31,994 bases of DNA from Alphaproteobacteria bacterium (GTDB lineage: Bacteria; Pseudomonadota; Alphaproteobacteria; CAAHEQ01; UBA3637). Where the stretch lies: the NCBI GenBank assembly GCA_017540065.1, contig JAFYBU010000081.1:1-31994 (forward strand). The letters run 5' to 3'. Below are positions 24,740 to 31,994 of the stretch, piece by piece; position 1 is the stretch's first letter; each line of letters opens with the position of its first letter. The translations under genes and the position numbers were made by a program. Under the pieces are notes generated by a model that ran no database searches, had not been told where the DNA came from, and saw only the letters and a list, made by a program, of their open reading frames with translations.

Positions 24740-26197
24740 TTAATCTTCTTGTTTATCGTAAATTGAAAAAGCTTTTTGGATCGCTTTTTGATGAACACTA
24801 ACAGGATACAATTCTGTGTAAGATTGTTGAACTGCTGCCAACAAATCAGCATTCCACATTTTTGCTGCTTCCACCAATTCTGCTTCCGTAGGCGCTTGCT
24901 TTGAAGGAATAATCTTTTTCACATACGCCACAAAAACACCCGTTTCTGTCGGTATGGAAACGACTTGTTCGGCACCCGTTTTTTGTTGCATTAAAACAGG
25001 AATAACGTTTTTCGGAAATTGCCCAGCATTTGTTTGAGAAACAATCCCGAAAACAGGCGTATATCCCGCCCATCCTTTTCCTTCTTTGACAGAAGTAAGC
25101 ACCTTATCCGCCGTTTTTGAAAGAGCAGATTTTTGTTGTTCCGTTTTCCAAAGTTGAACGACATCATTTTTAACCGAATCGAAACCTTTGTATCCTTGAG
25201 GAATAATCTTTTCAACACCGGCAACAATAAATCCACCTTCTACATCAACAAGTGTTGTCGTTTCCCCTTCTGCCAATCCGAAAGATTCTTCCAAAAGCAC
25301 TTTCAATTCTTTTTGTTCTTTTCCGTTTTTATCTTTACCGGAAGCATCAACCGTTACCAACGATCCTTCCTTTAATTTCAATTCGGAACAGGCTTCCTTT
25401 AAGGTCTTACCTGCGCCTAACAAATCTTCCAATTTACGAGAAGCGTCATACATTTTATCATAATTGTTTTCAAAACTGTCCGCCTTCAATGAAACAATTC
25501 GCAAAGTACGATATTCCGGGATACCGAATTCTTCCAGATATGCTTCATAATAATCCTTTAATTCTTGCAAAGTCGGTTCGGCAACGGAAATCATTTTCGG
25601 GGTCAACAAAACACCGACAATTTCTCTTGTTTCTTTTTGAGCCAAAACAGCCGCATTCATCAATTTTTGATTTTTAGGAACGGCAGCAGAAATTGTTCTG
25701 AGCAAATGTTGATTGGCCAATTCCGCACGCATTTGATGTGCAAATTCTGCTTGAGACATATTCATCCCTGACAGATAAGAGTAAAATAAATTTGCATCAA
25801 ATTTCCCCAAATTGTCTGCAAAAACAGGATTTTTTTCAATGTAATTACGAACCGCATTATCTGAAGCCGACAAGCCGATTCTGTCTTGGATTTTCGCATT
25901 TAATTCACGCAAAGTTAATTGTTGAACAACCTGATCCAATAAACCCGCTTGAATTGCTTGTTTAGGACTGATATACGCCCCTGTAATCCGTGTCATTTTA
26001 TTTCGTTCTTGGTCAAAAGTGTGTCCCAATTCTTGCATAGAAACTTCATTACCGGCAACTGAAAGAGCCGTATTATCGGATCCTGCCGTATTGGAAATAC
26101 CGCCCAACCCCCAAAAAACCATCATACTGGCCCCAAGTAAAAAGAATATTCCTTTGGCAATCCAACTGTTCCCGATTCTGTTAAAAAAGCTAATCAT
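24740..26197 (-). CDS. SurA-N/PpiD-like periplasmic chaperone
   Basis: N-terminal anchor (NSWIAKGIFFLL...FWG), SurA-N-like region (VAGNEVS, SDNAV...NPVF...GKFD) and degenerate parvulin-like middle. Confidence 0.82.
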   Translation of the reverse strand: MISFFNRIGNSWIAKGIFFLLGASMMVFWGLGGISNTAGSDNTALSVAGNEVSMQELGHTFDQERNKMTRITGAYISPKQAIQAGLLDQVVQQLTLRELNAKIQDRIGLSASDNAVRNYIEKNPVFADNLGKFDANLFYSYLSGMNMSQAEFAHQMRAELANQHLLRTISAAVPKNQKLMNAAVLAQKETREIVGVLLTPKMISVAEPTLQELKDYYEAYLEEFGIPEYRTLRIVSLKADSFENNYDKMYDASRKLEDLLGAGKTLKEACSELKLKEGSLVTVDASGKDKNGKEQKELKVLLEESFGLAEGETTTLVDVEGGFIVAGVEKIIPQGYKGFDSVKNDVVQLWKTEQQKSALSKTADKVLTSVKEGKGWAGYTPVFGIVSQTNAGQFPKNVIPVLMQQKTGAEQVVSIPTETGVFVAYVKKIIPSKQAPTEAELVEAAKMWNADLLAAVQQSYTELYPVSVHQKAIQKAFSIYDKQED

Positions 26198-26223
26198 ATC
26201 AATTCCTTTCGTTCTTGTGTGAT

Positions 26224-26318
26224 ATTCTAGTCAAAAATACGTAATAAATCAAGCTTTTTTTTCATTCTTTAAAAGAGTGGGAAAAAGACTTGCTTTTTGA
26301 CAAAAAGTATGCTAAATC
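26224..26318. promoter_or_regulatory. Divergent sigma70 promoters (surA-like and glgB)
   Basis: Minus: TTGATT-17-TAGAAT (26252-26224). Plus: TTGCTT-17-TAAATC (26290-26318). Confidence 0.5.
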
Positions 26319-26338
26319 TCTTTCCAAAAAGGGGGACA

Positions 26339-28540
26339 ATGTCAGCAATATCCGAAAAGGTTTTATACGGGTTACAAAACGGTTCATTGAAGGGTGATCC
26401 GTTTTCTGTTTTGGGTATGCACGAAGCGCTTTCCGGAAAAGGTTTATTCATCCGAACCATGCAACCCCAGGCAAAATCCGTAGAGGTTTTGGACAAAAAC
26501 AAAAAATCTTTGGGCAAAATGACTCTGATTATGGATGGTATCTTTCAATTGGATCTACCCAAACAAAAAGATTTTTTTGAATACGAATTCAAAATTACTT
26601 TGCCCGACAATTCTTCTTATGAAGTGGATGACCCTTACCGGTTTTTACCTGTATTAGGTGATATGGATTTATACCTGTTCGGGGAAGGGCAACACTGGGA
26701 AATTTATCAAAAATTGGGCGCACACCTTATAACACATCAGGGGGTGCAAGGTGTTTCATTTGCCGTTTGGGCCCCCAACGCATCCCGCGTTAGTGTTGTG
26801 GGCAGTTTTAATAATTGGGACGGCAGACGGCATTTAATGCGTCCCCGCGGTTCCAGCGGTATCTGGGAAATTTTTATCCCTGGCCTTCATGAATGGGATA
26901 TTTACAAATATGAATTGTTGGATAAAGACGGAAGATTGTTACCGTTAAAGGCAGATCCTTATGGTTTTGTCAGCGAGGTACGCCCTAAAACAGGCAGTTT
27001 GGTTTATGACATCAAAAGCTATACTTGGCATGATGAAAAATGGATGAAAAATCGGGCACAAAATACCAATTATCGCGAACAACCGATTTCCATTTACGAA
27101 GTCCATTTGGGATCTTGGCGTCGGAAAGAAAATAACAGATGGATGACCTATCTGGAAATGGCAAAAGAGTTACCTGAATATATAAAAGAAATGGGTTTTA
27201 CACACGTGGAATTTTTACCCGTTGCGGAATTTCCCTTTGACGGCAGTTGGGGATACCAAGAAACAGGATTATATGCCCCCACTAGCCGTTACGGAACCCC
27301 CGGCGACTTTCGATATTTAATTGATCAATTGCATCAAGCCGGCATTGGTGTTATTATGGATTGGGTACCTGCCCATTTTCCCAAAGATGCCTTCGGATTG
27401 GCTAATTTTGATGGAACTGCCCTTTATGAACACGCAGATCCGCGTAAAGGAGAACATAAAGATTGGGGAACAAAAATATACAATTACGGACGCAATGAAG
27501 TATCCAATTTTTTGTTAGCTAACGCTTTGTTTTGGATCCGGGAATATCATATTGACGGATTACGCGTGGATGCCGTAGCCAGCATGCGTTATTTGGATTA
27601 TTCACGCAAAGAAGGAGAATGGATCCCTAACCAATATGGTGGCCGAGAAAATTTGGAAGCAATCGCCCTTTTGCGTCAATTAAACGAACTGGTATATGGT
27701 GAAAATTCGGGGGCTGTTACCATTGCCGAAGAATCTACCGCATGGCCGATGGTATCACGTCCCACTTATTTAGGCGGATTAGGTTTCGGTTTCAAATGGA
27801 ATATGGGGTGGATGCACGACACACTGGATTATATGAAAGAAGATCCCGTCAATCGTAAGTATCATCAAAATGAACTGACTTTCAGTTTCTTGTATGCTTT
27901 TACCGAAAATTTTGTTTTACCTTTGTCGCATGATGAAGTCGTTCACGGCAAAGGGACAATTTTGGGACGAATGCCCGGAGATGAATGGCAAAGATTTACA
28001 AATTTACGTGCCTATTATGGTTACATGTTCATGCATCCCGGGAAAAAATTGCTTTTTATGGGACAAGAATGGGGTTCCACACGGGAATGGAATTTTGCAA
28101 GTTCTTTGGAATGGCATTTATTACAATACCCGGTTCACAGCGGAGTCCAAAACCTTATCAAAGAATTAAATACTTTTTATAAAACACATTCTCAACTGTA
28201 TTCATTGGATGCGGAAGGAAGCGGATTTGAATGGATTGACGGGGGAGATGTTGAAAATTCCTGTCTCACTTTTATCCGTAAAGATAAACAGGGAAATCAG
28301 TTAATCGTGGCTTGCAATTTTACACCTGTTCCCCGTTATAATTATCGAATAGGTGTGGAACAAAAAGGGGTGTATCAAGAAGTGTTCAATACGGATTTGA
28401 AACGCTTCAACGGGTCGGATACAAAAAATATCGGGGATCTTCAAACCGAAGAACCAGGATGGAACTTCCGCCCTTATGCCATCAGAGTCGTTTTACCGCC
28501 GTTAGCGGTTGTCGTATTTCAAATCAAGGATAAAAAATGA
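26339..28540 (+). CDS. glgB: 1,4-alpha-glucan branching enzyme
   Basis: [47 protein letters not shown] and [10 protein letters not shown]. Start ATG 26339. Confidence 0.97.
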   Translation: MSAISEKVLYGLQNGSLKGDPFSVLGMHEALSGKGLFIRTMQPQAKSVEVLDKNKKSLGKMTLIMDGIFQLDLPKQKDFFEYEFKITLPDNSSYEVDDPYRFLPVLGDMDLYLFGEGQHWEIYQKLGAHLITHQGVQGVSFAVWAPNASRVSVVGSFNNWDGRRHLMRPRGSSGIWEIFIPGLHEWDIYKYELLDKDGRLLPLKADPYGFVSEVRPKTGSLVYDIKSYTWHDEKWMKNRAQNTNYREQPISIYEVHLGSWRRKENNRWMTYLEMAKELPEYIKEMGFTHVEFLPVAEFPFDGSWGYQETGLYAPTSRYGTPGDFRYLIDQLHQAGIGVIMDWVPAHFPKDAFGLANFDGTALYEHADPRKGEHKDWGTKIYNYGRNEVSNFLLANALFWIREYHIDGLRVDAVASMRYLDYSRKEGEWIPNQYGGRENLEAIALLRQLNELVYGENSGAVTIAEESTAWPMVSRPTYLGGLGFGFKWNMGWMHDTLDYMKEDPVNRKYHQNELTFSFLYAFTENFVLPLSHDEVVHGKGTILGRMPGDEWQRFTNLRAYYGYMFMHPGKKLLFMGQEWGSTREWNFASSLEWHLLQYPVHSGVQNLIKELNTFYKTHSQLYSLDAEGSGFEWIDGGDVENSCLTFIRKDKQGNQLIVACNFTPVPRYNYRIGVEQKGVYQEVFNTDLKRFNGSDTKNIGDLQTEEPGWNFRPYAIRVVLPPLAVVVFQIKDKK

Positions 28541-29331
28541 AAATCAATTTAGATAATAAAATGGTTCGTTTTTTGGTTCAAGAATACGTAAATCAGATTT
28601 GTAATTATTCAACAGATAACGATTTGAATTACAATACCTATAAATTAATTCACACTTTTCAAGTTGTGGAAATGGCCCAAATTTTAATAGATAAAACACG
28701 TCCTGCTTTGTCGGAAAAAATGAAAAAACATATTTTGGATGCCGCCCTTTTGCATGATTTGGGACGTTGCCACGAATTCAAAAACGGAAAACGTTTGAAG
28801 GTAGATCACGGAAAAATCGGTGCAAAGTTAATCAAGAAGAATTTTCCCCAAATGAAAACAGAAGCATTGGCAACCCTTTTTCATAACAAACTGCCTTCCC
28901 GTAAAGATCCACAATCTTGCCAACCCGTTTTGGATTATGTCAGAGATGCAGACATGTTGGCCAATTTGAAATATCAATCGGATGATGCCAATATGTGGTT
29001 AGTTCGCATTCTGGACAGTGAAGACAAATCCTTTTTAACGCCTGTCATAGATAAGGAAATCTTTAATGCCGTAAAGGAAAATCGTCCTGTAAAGTGCAAC
29101 AAAATTAAGACACGAAATCTTTTAACAATGTGGCTGTGGGAATTGTGTTGGTTTTTTAATTTAAGAACGACCGTCGGTATAAATTATGCCAAAAAAGAGA
29201 AAATCTTCATCAAGTTTAAAAAAGTGATTATGAAGAAAATCGTTCCTTTAACAACTTTGAAACCGCGAAAACAAAAAGAATTAACCCAACAAATTCAAAC
29301 TGCATTTCCAGACAGTCTGTTTTTGAAATAA
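28537..29331 (+). CDS. HD-domain phosphohydrolase
   Basis: IHTFQV, LLHDLG, VDHG, FHN and RDADML metal-ligand pattern. Confidence 0.82.
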   Translation: MKINLDNKMVRFLVQEYVNQICNYSTDNDLNYNTYKLIHTFQVVEMAQILIDKTRPALSEKMKKHILDAALLHDLGRCHEFKNGKRLKVDHGKIGAKLIKKNFPQMKTEALATLFHNKLPSRKDPQSCQPVLDYVRDADMLANLKYQSDDANMWLVRILDSEDKSFLTPVIDKEIFNAVKENRPVKCNKIKTRNLLTMWLWELCWFFNLRTTVGINYAKKEKIFIKFKKVIMKKIVPLTTLKPRKQKELTQQIQTAFPDSLFLK

Positions 29332-29405
29332 ATTTATTTTGTTTTTGAGATAATATTTCTTTCTTTTTTATCATTTTTATATTATATTAAGAAAAAGGGG
29401 AGAAA

Positions 29406-31457
29406 ATGAATTTAGAAGTTTTACCGGGTTTGCCATATCCTTTGGGGGCCAATTATGATGGCAACGGTGTCAATTTTGCATTATTTTCTAAAAATGCAAC
29501 GCGCGTACAATTGTGTTTGTTTGACCATGATGGCAAACACGAACACCGTATTGACTTACCCCGCTATACAGATGAAGTTTGGCACGGTTATATCAAAGGG
29601 TTGAAATGGGGACAAAGATATGCTTATCGTGTTTACGGCCCTTACGAACCTGAAAAAGGCATGCGTTTTAATCCACACAAGTTGGTGTTAGATCCTTATG
29701 CAAAAAAATTAACGGGGCCTGTTATTGCTAATAATGCACAATTAGGATATAACTTGAATTCCGAAAAATCAGACCTGTCTATGTCCCGCAAAAATGATGC
29801 GGACTTCATGCCCAAATGCATTGTGGTGGACGACAATTATTTCCAATGGGAAAATTCAAAAAAACCTTGCTTAAATTGGGATGAAGAGGTCATTTACGAA
29901 ATGCATGTCAAAGGCTTTACCGCATTAAATCCGGAAGTAGAAAAAGCCTTTCGGGGAACTTTTGACGGATTGGCCAGTCGTAAAGTAATTGACTACCTTA
30001 AATCTTTGCAAATTTCTGCTGTTGAATTATTACCGATTGCTTGTTTTATGACAACGGGAAGCATTCAAGCCAAGGGATTATCAAATTATTGGGGGTACGA
30101 CCCCATCTTGTTCATGTGTCCGCACGCAGGTTATTTATCCTCCAACAGCACATCCGAAGTTAAATGGGCTGTCCGTTTATTACATGAAGCCGGAATTGAA
30201 GTTATTTTAGATGTTGTTTATAACCACACAGCAGAGGGAAATCAATTTGGTCCGACATTGTGTTACCGGGGAATTGACAATGCCGTTTATTATCGACTGA
30301 ATTCAGAAAACCCACGCTATTACGAAGATACAACGGGATGTGGTGCCAGCTTTAATTTAGGGCACCCGAGAGTTTTGCAACTGGTAATGGATTCTTTGCG
30401 TTATTGGGCTGAAACCGTACAAATTGACGGTTTCCGTTTTGATTTAGCTACCACCTTGGCACGGGATGATAAAAATACCTTTGTACGCAACAGTGATTTT
30501 TTGAGTATTGTACAACAAGATCCGCAATTACAACGATTAAAATTGATTGCAGAGCCGTGGGACTTGGGTGAAGGCGGTTATCAAGTCGGTGGATTCCGTC
30601 CCGGGTGGGCTGAATGGAACGATAAATTCCGTGATACCGTGCGACGTTTTTGGAAGGGCGATTATAATCAAGCCGCTGAATTTGCCAAACGTATGACTGC
30701 GTCATCAGATGTTTTCCAAAAAGACGGACGAAAACCATGGGAATCTGTTAATTTTATCACGGCTCACGATGGTTTCGGGCTGGCAGATTTAGTTTCTTAT
30801 AATTCAAAACATAACGAGGCAAACGGGGAAAATAATCAAGACGGTACCGACAACAATTCTTCTTGGAACGGAGGCGTGGAAGGACCGACAACAGACAAAG
30901 CCATTTTGAAAAATCGTATTAATCGGGCTCGTGCCATGATGACTTCTTTGTTATGTTCAGCCGGAACACCGATGATTCGGGCGGGCGATGAAATTTTACA
31001 ATCCAATCAAGGTAATAATAATTTGTATGCCCAAGATAATGAGCTTTCTTGGATTGATTGGGAACACGTTTCGCCCCAAGGAAAAGAAATGCAAGAACTG
31101 GTACGCTTTTTAATGAATTTCAGAAGAGCTCACAAAGTTATGGAGCATTACGATTTTTATCACGAAGGCGAATTTATCTGGTACAGACCAGACGGAACAC
31201 CGATGAAACCAGAAGATTGGCGTGATTATGTTCGCAGCGTTTCTTATTTTGTTAAGCAGGAACAAACCCGCCTTTTCTTCATTTTTAATGCTTACAGCGA
31301 ACCGATTACCTGGAAACTTCCCGCCTTGGAAAAAGGACGAAAATGGCAAATAAAATTGGATACTTCGGACACGAATCCTTTGATGAAGCACAATCAAATT
31401 GAAGCACCTGCATGGAGTGTACTTATCTTTACGGGAAAAGATGATTTAGAAAAGTAA
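29406..31457 (+). CDS. glgX: Glycogen debranching enzyme
   Basis: PLGANYDG.GVNFALFS, YEMHVKGFT, NYWGY, DVVYNHTAEG, DGFRFDLA, AEPWD and TAHDGF. Confidence 0.97.
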   Translation: MNLEVLPGLPYPLGANYDGNGVNFALFSKNATRVQLCLFDHDGKHEHRIDLPRYTDEVWHGYIKGLKWGQRYAYRVYGPYEPEKGMRFNPHKLVLDPYAKKLTGPVIANNAQLGYNLNSEKSDLSMSRKNDADFMPKCIVVDDNYFQWENSKKPCLNWDEEVIYEMHVKGFTALNPEVEKAFRGTFDGLASRKVIDYLKSLQISAVELLPIACFMTTGSIQAKGLSNYWGYDPILFMCPHAGYLSSNSTSEVKWAVRLLHEAGIEVILDVVYNHTAEGNQFGPTLCYRGIDNAVYYRLNSENPRYYEDTTGCGASFNLGHPRVLQLVMDSLRYWAETVQIDGFRFDLATTLARDDKNTFVRNSDFLSIVQQDPQLQRLKLIAEPWDLGEGGYQVGGFRPGWAEWNDKFRDTVRRFWKGDYNQAAEFAKRMTASSDVFQKDGRKPWESVNFITAHDGFGLADLVSYNSKHNEANGENNQDGTDNNSSWNGGVEGPTTDKAILKNRINRARAMMTSLLCSAGTPMIRAGDEILQSNQGNNNLYAQDNELSWIDWEHVSPQGKEMQELVRFLMNFRRAHKVMEHYDFYHEGEFIWYRPDGTPMKPEDWRDYVRSVSYFVKQEQTRLFFIFNAYSEPITWKLPALEKGRKWQIKLDTSDTNPLMKHNQIEAPAWSVLIFTGKDDLEK

Positions 31458-31481
31458 ATTCCGCTTTTCATAAAATAGTTC

Positions 31482-31510
31482 TTGCAAAAAAAGATTTTTT
31501 CGAGTATAAT
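31482..31510 (+). promoter_or_regulatory. tRNA promoter
   Basis: TTGCAA, 17 nt spacer, TATAAT. Confidence 0.75.
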
Positions 31511-31528
31511 AGAGTGCATTGTTCGATT

Positions 31529-31604
31529 GACCCTATCGTCTAGAGGCCTAGGACATCGCCCTTTCACGGCGGTAACGCGAGTTCGAATCTCGCTAGGGTC
31601 ACCA
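31529..31604 (+). tRNA. tRNA-Glu (TTC)
   Basis: 76 nt. Acceptor GACCCTA/TAGGGTC, anticodon loop CTTTCAC, GTTCGAATC T-loop and encoded CCA. Confidence 0.97.
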
Positions 31605-31609
31605 AGTTT

Positions 31610-31636
31610 AAGTCCTTGTAAATCAAGGGCTTTTTT
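31610..31636 (+). terminator. Hairpin/terminator after tRNA-Glu
   Basis: AAGTCCTTG-TAAAT-CAAGGGCTT followed by a T-run. Confidence 0.7.
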
Positions 31637-31675
31637 ATTTAGAAAGTTTTCCACTTATTTAGTGGTTTTATGTTT

Positions 31676-31696
31676 TAGGAACCCAATAGGAACCCA
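31676..31696. repeat. Two perfect 10-bp direct repeats TAGGAACCCA (candidate integrase arm sites)
   Basis: Copies at 31676-31685 and 31687-31696, about 70 nt past the tRNA 3' end. Confidence 0.75.
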
Positions 31697-31745
31697 CTTT
31701 TAAAAATCCTAAAGTGATTTTGGAGCGAAACCTAAAATTTTCTGA

Positions 31746-31994
31746 TTACCACCAAGATGGAACCGGTGCATTTTCCAATGTGTCTCTAAGTAGTATATAA
31801 GCTTTTACATCTCCCTTCATGGCTTTTTTAATCAAACCCATGCAGACAGCTTCTTGGTTTGTAGCACCCGTATCGTCTTCCATAACAATTAGCTGTTCCA
31901 GAGTTTCTCTGAAGCTTTTTTTCTTCCTCCTAGCTTCACCACTTGCAATACCACCTTTTTTTGCAATTTCTCTCTGTTCATCCACTGTTCGTTG
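31746..31994 (-). CDS. Phage-type KGG-motif / terminase small subunit-like protein (5' end outside the window)
   Basis: The frame is open to the edge (QRTVDEQREIAKKGGIASGEARRKKK...GDVKAYILLRDT), a pattern I associate with proteins encoded upstream of phage large terminases. Confidence 0.6.
   Translation of the reverse strand, partial: QRTVDEQREIAKKGGIASGEARRKKKSFRETLEQLIVMEDDTGATNQEAVCMGLIKKAMKGDVKAYILLRDTLENAPVPSWW

Larger units (their letters stand above)
31605..31994. mobile_element. Probable end of a prophage or satellite integrated at tRNA-Glu
   Basis: tRNA 3' end, tandem arm-like repeats and a phage-like gene. The integrase and second att site are not in the window. Confidence 0.5.

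Noticed and set aside
31482-31703. 73 aa (+) and 86 aa (-) ORFs across the tRNA
   Set aside because: They overlap tRNA-Glu and its promoter and are spurious.
1-31994. CRISPR array, rRNA, IS element or phase-variable simple repeat
   Set aside because: No regularly spaced repeats, rRNA motifs or transposase were seen. A/T runs are short and expected at this composition.

Overview
Chromosomal window from an AT-rich alphaproteobacterium, probably an uncultured gut or rumen lineage. This is inferred from the circularly permuted tmRNA with an ANDN- tag and from ialB-like/rlmN, efp/epmA and hemY-like synteny. The left 3.5 kb is the most unusual part. It holds five type IV pilin-like genes with an atypical G|RS[ML]xE class III signal, arranged around the permuted ssrA. 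One of them (942 to <1, absent from the ORF track) is a pilin head fused to a long Cys-rich repeat region that runs off the window. A perfect CtrA-type box and a hairpin-rich leader lie between the divergent pilins. The middle is mostly housekeeping and envelope genes: efp, epmA, a tandem GT2, rpsU, rlmN, endonuclease I, tag, an S66 peptidase, EamA, NUDIX, HAD, a solute-binding protein, a U32 hydroxylase, TolC, rmuC, HemY-like, a possible reduced Mic60, SurA/PpiD-like and glgB-HD-glgX. Several orphan genes with their own promoters are interspersed. The right edge is tRNA-Glu followed by a probable integration junction (two 10-bp direct repeats) and a phage KGG/terminase-small-subunit-like gene cut by the window edge. 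No CRISPR array, reverse transcriptase, transposase or integrase is visible. All family assignments come from motif recognition, not database searches.
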